DNA of 56,707 nt from a virus (lineage: Duplodnaviria; Caudoviricetes): IMG/VR virus record IMGVR_UViG_3300044620_000273, positions 1-56,707 of that record; one strand, given 5' to 3'. This document shows positions 1 through 9,874 of this stretch, piece by piece; position 1 is the first letter of the stretch; each line of letters begins with the position of its first letter. Both the position numbers and the translations under genes were made by a program. Under the pieces are notes generated by a model. It was not told the DNA's origin and made no database searches. It saw nothing but the letters and a program-made list of their open reading frames with translations.

Positions 1-127
1 CCGAAGGATCTCGGCAAGCCGAAAGACTTGTCAGTTAAGCGCAAGGCCGCCGCAAAACGTCGCGCCAAAGCCGCTGGACGACCCTATCCAAATTTAATCG
101 ACAATATGGCTGCGGCCCGCAAGAAAG
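1..127. repeat. Terminal direct repeat (identical to 56581-56707); circular assembly overlap
   Basis: First 127 nt match the last 127 nt exactly; the reading frame starting at 56539 runs through the junction. Confidence 0.95.
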
Positions 128-136
128 GTAAGTGAC

Positions 137-823
137 ATGGACGGATTTAAGAACAGCACTCGTACCCAGTATATGAAGGGCGGCGCTTGCGAGGGTTACG
201 CCAAGGGCGGCTCGGTAAAGGGCGCAGCCAAGATTGCCAAAGTCATGGGCGAATTTAAGGCTGGCACGCTTCACAGCGGCTCGAAGAAGGGCCCTGAAGT
301 AACCAGCAAGAAGCAAGCCACGGCCATCGCCCTGAGCGAGGCCCGCAAGGCTGGCGCGAAGATACCCGTAAAGAAGGGACGCGGCGGCATGATCGAGGAA
401 GGTATTTCCACGCGCCCCACAACCGCCTCTGGCCGTCGCATGACGAACGAAGAACTTGGCATGACGCCGGGAGGCGTAGCGCCTAAGAAGATGCCCCCTG
501 CGGTTAAGGGCGCTGCGTCTGGCGCTGCAAAGGGTCTTGGCGCGCGTGCTGCGAGCGAGGCTGCAAAGGGCCTTGGCGCACGCGCTGCGCGTCCCCTCCC
601 GAAAAAGGCGGTGCCAGTTGCCCCCCGTGAGCCGTTGATCTCGCCATCCTTGATGCGCGAAATCAACATGCGCTCCATGGCGGAGAAATATGGCAGCAAA
701 AAGGGCCCAGCTACTGGTCTAGGCGCGGTTTCAGACAGCGACATGCGGATGCTGCGGAACGCTTCTGGATACAAAAAAGGCGGGTTGTCCGCCATGCCGA
801 AGAACAAAGGCGGCAAATGTTAA
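137..823 (+). CDS. Basic Lys/Gly-rich virion/core protein with DUF6496-like segment
   Basis: KIAKVMGEFKAGTLHSG..KQATAIALSEAR resembles DUF6496; repeated YxKGG motifs; in the head gene cluster. Confidence 0.65.
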   Translation: MDGFKNSTRTQYMKGGACEGYAKGGSVKGAAKIAKVMGEFKAGTLHSGSKKGPEVTSKKQATAIALSEARKAGAKIPVKKGRGGMIEEGISTRPTTASGRRMTNEELGMTPGGVAPKKMPPAVKGAASGAAKGLGARAASEAAKGLGARAARPLPKKAVPVAPREPLISPSLMREINMRSMAEKYGSKKGPATGLGAVSDSDMRMLRNASGYKKGGLSAMPKNKGGKC

Positions 824-843
824 ACAAGAAGGGGGCGGCTGAC

Positions 844-872
844 TTGTCGTTTGCCGCCCAATCTTGTATAAG
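844..872 (+). promoter_or_regulatory. Sigma70-like promoter candidate
   Basis: TTGTCG-N17-TATAAG in the intergenic gap upstream of the gene at 937. Confidence 0.45.
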
Positions 873-936
873 ATGACAGCCAGAGATGCTTGCCCAACAT
901 GGCGAGCTGCTGCGATAACCAAGCGAGCAAAATCTT

Positions 937-1923
937 ATGGCGTATTCAGGTACCATTTCACAGACTGTTTTTAACACGCGGCGCGTCATTGAGAACGCGA
1001 CACGTCGGTGCAAGTTGACTGCACAGCAGCTCACCTCTGAGCATGTCGACATCGCAAACGATCAGCTTTTCCTCCTCCTCTCCGACCTTGCCAACCGAGG
1101 CATCCAACTTTGGTGCATTGAGAAGCAGATCTACCCGCTCTACAGCGGCGTGGGCGACATCACCACGGACGTCGGCACCGTCGACATCCTGAACAGCAAC
1201 CTGCGCTGGCTTCAACAGGTCACGGGTATCAACTACGACACGAGCACGTACCGCGAGGTGGATTTCACCGACGCGACCTTTGTGACGACTGTGGGCGTCC
1301 TCTGGTCCGCCGCATCCGTGCCGATTGTCCTCGAACGCTCCGACGACAACGTGACGTGGTTCGAGGTGCAGTCCGAGACGCCAAGCGCAACGGCAGGGCA
1401 GTGGACGTGGTACGATCTGGAAAGCAGTGTAGCCTCCCGCTACTTCCGCGTCCGCGCAACGTCCGGCACGCTCGGCTTCAGCCAAATCTATTTGGGCAAC
1501 ACGCCCACCGAGATCCCGCTGGCCCGCATGAACCGCGACGACTACACGAACTTGCCTAACAAGAGCTTCCAGTCGAACCGTCCGCTGCAATATTGGTTTG
1601 ACCGCCAAGTCCAGCAGCCAATCATGCACTTGTGGCCTGTGCCAAACGATCAGGCTGAGACCTACCAGATCGTTCTGTGGCGGCAGCGTTACATCATGGA
1701 CGTCGGCAGCATGACGCAAGAGATCGAGGTTCCGCAGCGTTGGTACGATGCCATCGTTGCGATGCTGGCCGCAAAACTGGCGCTTGAGTATGTTGAGGTC
1801 GACGCGCAGCTCATCCCGCTGCTCGACGCCAAGGCGAAGGAAACACTCTATTTTGCCCAGCAAGAAGAGCGCGACAACAGCCCGATGATGATCGCGCCCA
1901 ACATTGCGATGTACACGAGGTAA
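937..1923 (+). CDS. Head-tail adaptor / tail tubular-like virion protein
   Basis: 328 aa; N-terminal helical segment (ANDQLFLLLSDLANRGI) and C-terminal PQRWYDAIV typical of podovirus adaptors; central beta-rich insert (SRYFRVR). Confidence 0.55.
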   Translation: MAYSGTISQTVFNTRRVIENATRRCKLTAQQLTSEHVDIANDQLFLLLSDLANRGIQLWCIEKQIYPLYSGVGDITTDVGTVDILNSNLRWLQQVTGINYDTSTYREVDFTDATFVTTVGVLWSAASVPIVLERSDDNVTWFEVQSETPSATAGQWTWYDLESSVASRYFRVRATSGTLGFSQIYLGNTPTEIPLARMNRDDYTNLPNKSFQSNRPLQYWFDRQVQQPIMHLWPVPNDQAETYQIVLWRQRYIMDVGSMTQEIEVPQRWYDAIVAMLAAKLALEYVEVDAQLIPLLDAKAKETLYFAQQEERDNSPMMIAPNIAMYTR

Positions 1924-1925
1924 GG

Positions 1926-2159
1926 GTGCCGAACGAGGGCTTCCTTGATACTCGCGGCAAACAGTGGCTGGCGATTGGCCTGTGTGACAGGTGCAAGCGG
2001 AAGTTTCCGCTTGAGGAGCTGTGGAGCGACCGCAACAACCCCGGCCTGAAAGTCTGCAAAGACGATCTGGACGAGTACGACCCGTGGCGGCTTCCGGCGC
2101 GTGAGGGCGAGCAGATCGCCCTGCGCTTCCCCCGCCCAGATGTGGCGCTCGACGGATGA
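1926..2159 (+). CDS. Small CxxC-containing protein (paralog of next gene)
   Basis: AIGLCDRCKRKFPL..NPGLKVC..DPWRLPAR; GTG start. Confidence 0.7.
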   Translation: MPNEGFLDTRGKQWLAIGLCDRCKRKFPLEELWSDRNNPGLKVCKDDLDEYDPWRLPAREGEQIALRFPRPDVALDG

Positions 2160-2476
2160 CGCTCTATCTCAACACGCGCGGACGCACGACGCTTGCCATC
2201 GGGATATGCTCGCGGTGCAGCCGCAAGTTCCCGCTTGACATGCTGCAACCAGATCCGAATTATCCGGGGCTGCGCGTCTGTGACGTGGACAAGGATCAAT
2301 TTGACCCGTATCGTTTGCCTGCGCGGCAGCCCGACAACATCGGACTGCCCTTCTCGCGACCTGATACGCCGATCCCAACCAATCCGGCGGGCGTTATCAC
2401 CCAGAATGAGGACCAGTTCCTCATCACTGAAGACAACGACGATTTTATCATTTTCTTTGAGGATGAAGAGTTTTGA
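2156..2476 (+). CDS. Small CxxC-containing protein with acidic tail
   Basis: AIGICSRCSRKFPL..YPGLRVC..DPYRLPAR; ATGA coupling to the upstream gene. Confidence 0.7.
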   Translation: MTLYLNTRGRTTLAIGICSRCSRKFPLDMLQPDPNYPGLRVCDVDKDQFDPYRLPARQPDNIGLPFSRPDTPIPTNPAGVITQNEDQFLITEDNDDFIIFFEDEEF

Positions 2477-5400
2477 GCAACGTCCCTACAAATCTCATCC
2501 CTACCAAGATCACTGGCTTGCCGGAGTACACCGGCAGCAGCACCCTCGGCTATTTGCCTTACGTTCTCGAAGGACGCACGTATAAGGTTCAGTTCGCGAA
2601 CATCGCGGCTGTCGGTGCCGTGCCCTCGACCCGCGAGATCAACACCGGCAGCGGTCTGGGCGGCGGCGGAGACCTGTCTGCCAACCGCACGCTCTACATC
2701 TTGCCGGGCGGTGTCGATGACAGCCGCCTGAGCGTCACGGGCGTCACGGCGGGTACTTACGGCGCAGCCGACACCATCCCCGTCTTCACCGTCAATGCGC
2801 AGGGCCGCGTTACAGATGTGACCTTGGCACCTATCGTCCTATCCAATTATGTCCCCACCAGCCGCACAATCACGGCTGGCGCGGGTCTGACCGGCGGCGG
2901 AGACCTTTCCGCCAACCGTTCGTTCGCTGTAAACTTTTCATCTACAACGCCTGAGCCTCTCGGTATCGGATCTTCCGGTGTCTCGAATGTTGCCGCGCGT
3001 GGAGATCACGTCCACCCTGCGGTGGACTTGAGCGACACCACGGAAACGCAAGGCGTGCTCCCCTTGTCCCGTGGCGGCACCGGCAATAGTCTGTCTCCTG
3101 TTGCCGGTGCCATCGTCTATTCCAGCAATGACAAGCTGTACCTGACCACCGCCGGAAGCGTCGGGCAGGTTCTGCGCTCTGGCGGCCCCGGCGGCGTGCC
3201 CTTCTGGACCGACGTTGGTGCAGGCACCGTAATCAGCGTTGCCGTCGCGACCGCAAATGGCTTTGCGGGCACTGTTGTCAGCCCGACACTGTCCCCAGTT
3301 ATCACGCTCTCGACGACTGTCAGCGGTATGGTCAAGGGCAACGGCACAGCCGTGTCTGCGGCCACCGCAGGCGTTGATTACGTCGAGCCGGGTGCATACA
3401 CCGCCAGCGGCCTCACAATGGCTACAGCGCGGCTTCTGGGCCGCACTACGGCATCAGTCGGCGCGGCGCAGGAAATCAGCGTCGGCACAGGCCTTACGCT
3501 CTCTACCGGCTCTCTGGTCAACGCTGCGCCCGATCAGGTGGTCTCGCTGACGGCAGGCACCGCAATTTCGATTACTGGCACATATCCGTCGTTCACGGTC
3601 ACCAACACCGCGCCCGATCAGGTTGTGTCGCTGACAGGCGCGGGCACGACGACCGTTACCGGCACGTATCCATCGTTCACAATCACATCGAACGACAGCA
3701 CATCGGGCACCGTGACCAGCGTCAATGCCAGCGGCGGCACAACGGGCATGTCGTTCACTGGCGGCCCAGTCACGTCGGCGGGCACCCTGACCCTCAACGG
3801 CACGCTTGCCGTGTCGAACGGCGGCACTGGCGCGACAGACGCCGTGGCTGCTCTCACGAACTTAGGCGCGTATCCCGCAAGCAACCCTGCCGGATACACG
3901 TCGAACGTAGGTACGGTGACGTCAGTCTCAGGCACCGGCACCGTCAGCGGCCTGAGCCTGAGCGGCACAGTGACGTCCGCAGGTTCGCTGACACTCGGCG
4001 GCACGCTCGTTGTCACGCCATCCGACTTCGCGTCGCAGACGGCCAACACGGTCCTTGCGGCACCGAACGGCTCGGCGGGCGTCCCGACGTTCCGCGCCAT
4101 CGTTGCGGCGGACATCCCGACGCTCAACCAGAATACGACCGGAGTGGCCGCAAACGTCACGGGGATTGTCGCTGTAGCCAATGGCGGCACAGGCGCGAGT
4201 GTGGCCTCCACGGCGCGCACGAACCTCGGCGCGGCGGCCTCTGGTGCGAACACCGACATCACGTCGATTGCGCTCACCACAGGCACGATCAGCACGTCGC
4301 CAGTTAACGGCACGGACATCGTCAACAAGGCGTATGCCGACAGCATCGCGTCGGGCATCAACTTCCACCAGTCCGTGCGCTTGGCGACGGCTGCGGCACT
4401 GCCTGCCAACACCTACAACAACGGCACGGGCGGCGTCGGCGCGACGCTCACGGCCAATGCCAACGGCGCACTTTCGGTCGATGGCGTGGCTGTGGCGGTG
4501 GGTAACCGCATCTTGGTCAAGAACGAGGTGGCGGGGGCCAACAACGGCGTCTACGTTGTCACGGATACCGGCAGCAGCGGCGGCCCCGGCCCCGGTCCGG
4601 GTGGCAGCAACCCATACATCCTGACACGCGCAACGGACTTCGACAGCGCAGGCACTGGTGTTGACCAGATTGACGCGGGCGACTTCTTCCTCGTCACGGC
4701 GGGATCGACGCTGGCAAACACGTCGTGGGTGCAGCAGACGCCGCTGCCAATCACTGTCGGCACGACGGCGATTGTCTTCTCGCAGTTCGCCGCGCCGGTC
4801 CTGTACTCGGCGGGCACTGGCCTGTCGCTGACCGGTACGGTCTTCAGCATCACGAATACGGGTGTAAGCGCATCGACCTACGGCAGCGCGTCGTCCGTCC
4901 CTGTCATCGCAGTCAACGCGCAGGGTCAAGTCACGTCTGCATCCAGCTCGTCGATAGCCATAGCGGCCTCGCAAATCACGTCTGGCGCACTTGCCATCGC
5001 CAATGGCGGTACAGGTGCCACGGACGCGTCTGGCGCGCTGTCGAACCTCGGAGCGTATCCTGCGAGCAACCCTGCGGGCTACACGTCCAACACCGGCACC
5101 GTCACCAGCGTCAACCTGACTGCGGGCACAGGCGTCAGCGTCTCTGGCGGCCCTATCACGGCCTCTGGCTCCATCACCGTCACCAACACGGCCCCAGATC
5201 AGGTCGTGTCGCTGACAGGGTCTGGCGCTACGACCGTGACAGGCACATATCCGAACTTCACCATCTCCTCGCCTACGGCTGGCGCAGGCACCGTGACCAG
5301 CATCAACGTCAGCGGTGGCACCACCGGCCTGACGACGTCGGGCGGCCCAGTCACCAGCAGCGGGACAATCACGCTCGCTGGCACGCTGAATGTCGCCAAC

Positions 5401-8400
5401 GGCGGCACAGGCGCAACGACCCTGTCGTCGGGCTACGTCCTCAAGGGCAACGGCACGTCGGCTGTCAGCGCGTCTGTGGTGTACGACGATGGTACGAACG
5501 TCGGGGTCGGCACGACCTCAGTCAGTGCTACCTACGGAAAACTTACAGTTGCGGGCGGTATACGGACTACAGACGACACAAGCTCAAAGCTGGAACTTGG
5601 CCGCTATAGTGCTGGCGCTCCGAACAGCTACATCAAACTTGGCGCAAACAGTGCTTCCTTGAGGTTCACCAACGCTGGCGACACCGCAGATTTAATGACG
5701 CTGACAGACGCTGGTAACTTAGGGCTTGGTAACGCTTCCATACCCTACACCACCAGTGGGCGTACAGTACTTAATGTCAACGGCACTAGCTCCGCGATAA
5801 CGTCGTTTCAGACGGCTGGTTCCAACCGTGGTTATATATACGCCGACGGTTCGTTAATTTCCCTTGAAACTGAAACTGGCGTTACTCTAAGGCTGCTTAC
5901 TAACGCCCCGCAACCCATCACGTTCTTCACTAACGGGTCTGAGCGTATGCGCATCGACAGCGCGGGCCTTGTCGGGATTGGTACAAGTGCGCCGGGGTCG
6001 TACCCCTATGGTGGACTACTCAATGTCGCAGGTAGCATCTCCATGTCACTTGGCGAACGGCTTGGTTGGGGTATCACCGATGCCTTTACGCTGAACGGCG
6101 TCACCACTGCGCATTATGGGTTCACATACGGCGGCGGCACGAACCTCGTCACTTCATCGGGCTATTACGGATTAAACTTCGCTACCCTCGGCTCAGAACG
6201 TATGCGCCTCGACACTAGTGGCAACTTGAGCATCGGAACGAGTACAGCGGCTAACAGGCTTACTGTTTCCGCCACAGGTTTGAATATCACTGGTGGTAAC
6301 GCCATAGACGGCACAAACATGCAGGGTATACGTCTTCAGAACACTCTGAATGACAACAGTTCCCTCGGCCTCTGGTTTGGCACAAACAATGTCCACTGGG
6401 CGGGTATATCTGGGCAACGCACGAATTTTGCGGGTGATTGGACCACAGACTTACGTTTCTATACACACGAAGCAGCGTTGGTTGATATAACCTATGCGCG
6501 TGAACGGATGCGCATAGCTGGCAGCGGCAGCGTCACAGCCTACGTCGATATGCGTGCGCCAATCTTCTATGATAGCGACAATACTGCGTTTTATGTCAAC
6601 CCCGCAAGTGGCACGGTTCTTGGTGGAAGCTTTACGGTAGCTGGCAGTCGGCCACTTACATACTCTCCCAGCGGCGGCGATTTAGCTATCCAAGGTGACG
6701 CTGGCGGGTGGGCCACCGGTTTATATTTCCGTGGTTCGGCTGGTACAACCCGTGGCGGGTTTGGAGGCACTGGAGGTGCTGACGCATTGTCCTACCTATG
6801 GGCGGGGAATGCCTATAACGATGCCGCGCTTTATCTCTATGCGGCCAACTACGCCGAAAGCCCCGGTTCTTTCCGTGCGCCAATTTTCTACGACAGCAAC
6901 AACACTGCGTACTACGGTGACTTTGCTTCTACTTCCTCTTTAAATTCGCTTATTGTCGGAAACAATGGTAGCACTCTAGCTTATAACGCTGCGGCTACCG
7001 GAAATTTGTATTTTGGTTCGGCGGGTGGCGACGCCTCGACAAATTACCACATCACCACCAACATGGAGAATGTTGGGGGCAACTACTCGAAGCTCGATTT
7101 TAAGTGGTATACGGGCCAGCGTTTTTACGCCCACTATGCCTATGGCGGCTTCCGCTTTAAGGAAATTACCACTGGCAATACGCTGTTCTCAGTGGGCGAA
7201 GGTGACTTGCGCGTCCGTGTTTACGACAGCATTTCCGCACCAATCTACTACGACAGCGCCAACACGGCGTACTACCTCGACCCAGCGAGCACAGGAACGT
7301 CACTTATTACTGCGGGTGGAGTTTACGCTGCTGGTCAAGTCCGTGCTGCTGGTTGGTGGGGCGATGCTTCTGCTAGTGCCACAGGTTTGGCTGTTGAAAT
7401 TGGTGAGAGCGGCGGTCGTGGCTACGTTCTGACGTATAGCCGTGATGCCTCTGCTTATGGCCCGATGTCGTTTGAAGCGACGGACTTTACCTTCACAGGC
7501 ATCAGTGGCGGGTTCATTGGGGTTAATACCAGCGTTCGCGCACCTATATTCTACGATAGCAGCAACACCAATTATTACATTGACCCCGCCGCCAATCTGG
7601 GGCCACGGGCCGGTTACCTAGATGGCAACTTGTGGATTAACCCGAAATCAGAAAGCTATGGCGAAGGCGTTACCTTCAATATGCCTAGCCAAGGGACGTG
7701 GGGCGGCTTGCGTTGGTACCGCAACAGCAGTCCTTTCACTGGTAACTGGGCCTTTGGCTATTTCGGAAACGAATTTAACAACGACATTGGCTTTCACAAC
7801 GGCACTAACGGCTGGCGGCTAGACCACTCGTTCAACAATACTGTGAACGGTTCTGTCCGCACACCCATCTATTACGACAGCAACGACACCGGATACTACT
7901 TAGACCTCAACTCTACCAGTGAAGCGGCTATGCGGATGCGTGGCGGCGCGTTGATTGGGCCTAATACAAGTTACGGTGCGTATCTTCGTGTGGGAGCAAG
8001 CGGCTGGACTGGTGACCATTCTTCAGTCTTTGTAACCAACGGGAACCTTCACCTCGACGCGCAACCGGGATTTGATCTCTATCTAAACTGGTACAGTGCT
8101 CGCCCAGTTTGGAGTGAAGGTGGCGCTTATTTCCCGATATATTACGACCGCAACAACACCGCGTTTTACCTCGACCCCGCAAGCACCTCGGTGCTTTCGA
8201 CTGTCCGCGCCGCGACAATCCAACATTCGTCCGGTAACAGGGCTATTACACTTAACGGCTCTACGTGGACGGAGTTCTGTGACGTTAACGGGTCTACCAA
8301 ACTGTGGCTTGGTGGGAGCGGCGACCCAAACAACTATTACAATGCTGGTATTCACTACTTCCGCAACACGTCCAGCAGCACCACGATGACGATTGATAGC

Positions 8401-8712
8401 TCTGGAAATGTCGTAGCCACAGCAAACGTCACCGCATATTCAGATGCTCGCCTCAAGAAGGACGTTGAGACCATTGGTGACGCGCTTGGTCTCGTCGGTA
8501 AAATGCGCGGCGTGCGGTATACCCGCATCGACACTGAGAAACGTAACGTCGGTGTCATCGCGCAGGAGATGTTGGAAGTTATACCTGAAGTGGTCCATCA
8601 AGGCACGGGTGACGACGACACGCTCTCTGTTGCCTATGGTAACCTTGTTGGTGTATTAATAGAAGCAATCAAGGAACTTGAAGCCCGCGTGGCCGAATTG
8701 GAAGGAAAGTAA
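2473..8712 (+). CDS. Long tail fibre with C-terminal peptidase S74 intramolecular chaperone
   Basis: 2079 aa, Gly/Thr/Ser-rich, VANGGTGA repeats; C-terminal YSDARLKKDV..GVIAQE..VAYGNLVGVLIEAIKEL. Confidence 0.9.
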   Translation: MSNVPTNLIPTKITGLPEYTGSSTLGYLPYVLEGRTYKVQFANIAAVGAVPSTREINTGSGLGGGGDLSANRTLYILPGGVDDSRLSVTGVTAGTYGAADTIPVFTVNAQGRVTDVTLAPIVLSNYVPTSRTITAGAGLTGGGDLSANRSFAVNFSSTTPEPLGIGSSGVSNVAARGDHVHPAVDLSDTTETQGVLPLSRGGTGNSLSPVAGAIVYSSNDKLYLTTAGSVGQVLRSGGPGGVPFWTDVGAGTVISVAVATANGFAGTVVSPTLSPVITLSTTVSGMVKGNGTAVSAATAGVDYVEPGAYTASGLTMATARLLGRTTASVGAAQEISVGTGLTLSTGSLVNAAPDQVVSLTAGTAISITGTYPSFTVTNTAPDQVVSLTGAGTTTVTGTYPSFTITSNDSTSGTVTSVNASGGTTGMSFTGGPVTSAGTLTLNGTLAVSNGGTGATDAVAALTNLGAYPASNPAGYTSNVGTVTSVSGTGTVSGLSLSGTVTSAGSLTLGGTLVVTPSDFASQTANTVLAAPNGSAGVPTFRAIVAADIPTLNQNTTGVAANVTGIVAVANGGTGASVASTARTNLGAAASGANTDITSIALTTGTISTSPVNGTDIVNKAYADSIASGINFHQSVRLATAAALPANTYNNGTGGVGATLTANANGALSVDGVAVAVGNRILVKNEVAGANNGVYVVTDTGSSGGPGPGPGGSNPYILTRATDFDSAGTGVDQIDAGDFFLVTAGSTLANTSWVQQTPLPITVGTTAIVFSQFAAPVLYSAGTGLSLTGTVFSITNTGVSASTYGSASSVPVIAVNAQGQVTSASSSSIAIAASQITSGALAIANGGTGATDASGALSNLGAYPASNPAGYTSNTGTVTSVNLTAGTGVSVSGGPITASGSITVTNTAPDQVVSLTGSGATTVTGTYPNFTISSPTAGAGTVTSINVSGGTTGLTTSGGPVTSSGTITLAGTLNVANGGTGATTLSSGYVLKGNGTSAVSASVVYDDGTNVGVGTTSVSATYGKLTVAGGIRTTDDTSSKLELGRYSAGAPNSYIKLGANSASLRFTNAGDTADLMTLTDAGNLGLGNASIPYTTSGRTVLNVNGTSSAITSFQTAGSNRGYIYADGSLISLETETGVTLRLLTNAPQPITFFTNGSERMRIDSAGLVGIGTSAPGSYPYGGLLNVAGSISMSLGERLGWGITDAFTLNGVTTAHYGFTYGGGTNLVTSSGYYGLNFATLGSERMRLDTSGNLSIGTSTAANRLTVSATGLNITGGNAIDGTNMQGIRLQNTLNDNSSLGLWFGTNNVHWAGISGQRTNFAGDWTTDLRFYTHEAALVDITYARERMRIAGSGSVTAYVDMRAPIFYDSDNTAFYVNPASGTVLGGSFTVAGSRPLTYSPSGGDLAIQGDAGGWATGLYFRGSAGTTRGGFGGTGGADALSYLWAGNAYNDAALYLYAANYAESPGSFRAPIFYDSNNTAYYGDFASTSSLNSLIVGNNGSTLAYNAAATGNLYFGSAGGDASTNYHITTNMENVGGNYSKLDFKWYTGQRFYAHYAYGGFRFKEITTGNTLFSVGEGDLRVRVYDSISAPIYYDSANTAYYLDPASTGTSLITAGGVYAAGQVRAAGWWGDASASATGLAVEIGESGGRGYVLTYSRDASAYGPMSFEATDFTFTGISGGFIGVNTSVRAPIFYDSSNTNYYIDPAANLGPRAGYLDGNLWINPKSESYGEGVTFNMPSQGTWGGLRWYRNSSPFTGNWAFGYFGNEFNNDIGFHNGTNGWRLDHSFNNTVNGSVRTPIYYDSNDTGYYLDLNSTSEAAMRMRGGALIGPNTSYGAYLRVGASGWTGDHSSVFVTNGNLHLDAQPGFDLYLNWYSARPVWSEGGAYFPIYYDRNNTAFYLDPASTSVLSTVRAATIQHSSGNRAITLNGSTWTEFCDVNGSTKLWLGGSGDPNNYYNAGIHYFRNTSSSTTMTIDSSGNVVATANVTAYSDARLKKDVETIGDALGLVGKMRGVRYTRIDTEKRNVGVIAQEMLEVIPEVVHQGTGDDDTLSVAYGNLVGVLIEAIKELEARVAELEGK

Positions 8713-8713
8713 T

Positions 8714-9085
8714 ATGGCACTTACGTACACTTGGGCGATCACGTCCTTGAAGAAAACCACAGATGGCAGCATCGACAACGTCGTCGTGCAATCCACATGG
8801 ACCTGCACCGGCACGGACGAAGATGGCGACAGCGGCACGTTTAGCGGCGCTACGCCTTTCCCGCTTTCCAGCGTAGACCCTGCTACGTTCATCCCCTATG
8901 AAGATTTGACCGAGGCTGACGTCCTTGGTTGGATACAGGCCGTCGTCGTTGGTTCTTACAAAGACCACGTTGATGCTCAGATCAACAAGCAAATTGCCCT
9001 AGAGAAAGACCCTGTAGTGGACGTTCCTGAAGGCGATTTCCCGTGGGAAGAACCCACACCAACCCCAACACCACCAGCTAGTTAA
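8714..9085 (+). CDS. Hypothetical protein, tail-fibre associated
   Basis: ATG 1 nt after the fibre stop; MALTYTWAITSL..FIPYEDLTEADVLGW. Confidence 0.7.
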   Translation: MALTYTWAITSLKKTTDGSIDNVVVQSTWTCTGTDEDGDSGTFSGATPFPLSSVDPATFIPYEDLTEADVLGWIQAVVVGSYKDHVDAQINKQIALEKDPVVDVPEGDFPWEEPTPTPTPPAS

Positions 9086-9097
9086 AGGAGACAGAAT

Positions 9098-9301
9098 ATG
9101 AACCCCGAATTGGACCATCTCGATGTAGACAATCAGGCGCAGGCTGCGCCACAGGAACCAGTTGTAAAGTTGGAACTGGCCGTCAACGACATAAACCTCG
9201 TTCTCGCCGCATTGCAGGAGCTGCCACACAAGATAGCCGACCCGATGCTGCGCAAGATCATGGAGCAGGCAAACGCCCAGCTCGCTCCGAACGGCGCGTA
9301 A
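9098..9301 (+). CDS. Hypothetical protein
   Basis: AAGGAG RBS; 67 aa helical. Confidence 0.7.
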   Translation: MNPELDHLDVDNQAQAAPQEPVVKLELAVNDINLVLAALQELPHKIADPMLRKIMEQANAQLAPNGA

Positions 9302-9302
9302 C

Positions 9303-9665
9303 ATGATCGAGGAACTCATCAGCCGCGTGTTCTACGCACGCAACGTGGCGCACTTTGAGCACTGGCGCGCCAAGGGTGATGGTAGTTTCGCAAAGCACAA
9401 GACATTGGGCCGCTTCTACGACGACGTCATCGACGCAATCGACCGTCTCGTAGAAGCCTACCAAGGCGCGTTCAGCATCATCGGGAACATACCCGCTCCC
9501 GATGTGTCTGAACGCGACGTGCTGAAGCTGCTTGAGGCCGACGCGGCATGGATTGAAGAGCATCACGAAGACATCTGTCAGGGCAACCGCGCAGTGGCTA
9601 ATTTAATTGACGGTGTCACAGAAGTGTATCTGTCGGCGGTGTATAAGCTACGGAACTTGAAATGA
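9303..9665 (+). CDS. Ferritin/Dps-like four-helix protein (DUF5856-like)
   Basis: AHFEHW..FAKHKTLGRFYD..IDRLVEAYQG resembles Dps-type ferroxidase helices. Confidence 0.6.
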   Translation: MIEELISRVFYARNVAHFEHWRAKGDGSFAKHKTLGRFYDDVIDAIDRLVEAYQGAFSIIGNIPAPDVSERDVLKLLEADAAWIEEHHEDICQGNRAVANLIDGVTEVYLSAVYKLRNLK

Positions 9666-9874
9666 ACTTCGACATCAATACCCTCGTGACCGTGCTGACC
9701 TTTATCGGGGGCCTGATAACCGTATGGGTGAACCTCAACAGCCGTCTGACGTTGCTTGAGGCGCGTCTTGGCTTTGGTGACGAGAAGTTCAACGCCATCG
9801 ACAAGAAGTTCGACGAGGTGATGATGCACCTCCGCCGGATTGAGGACAAACTGGATAATAAGGCGGATCGATGA
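9662..9874 (+). CDS. Small membrane protein, holin-like
   Basis: N-terminal TM helix followed by coiled coil (RRIEDKLD). Confidence 0.55.
   Translation: MNFDINTLVTVLTFIGGLITVWVNLNSRLTLLEARLGFGDEKFNAIDKKFDEVMMHLRRIEDKLDNKADR

Noticed and set aside
1-127. 127-bp terminal repeat as a biological genome end
   Set aside because: Length equals a common assembler k-mer and it lies mid-gene; most likely a circular assembly overlap
2473-8712. DGR or shufflon acting on the tail fibre
   Set aside because: No reverse transcriptase, invertase, TR/VR pair or inverted cassettes found
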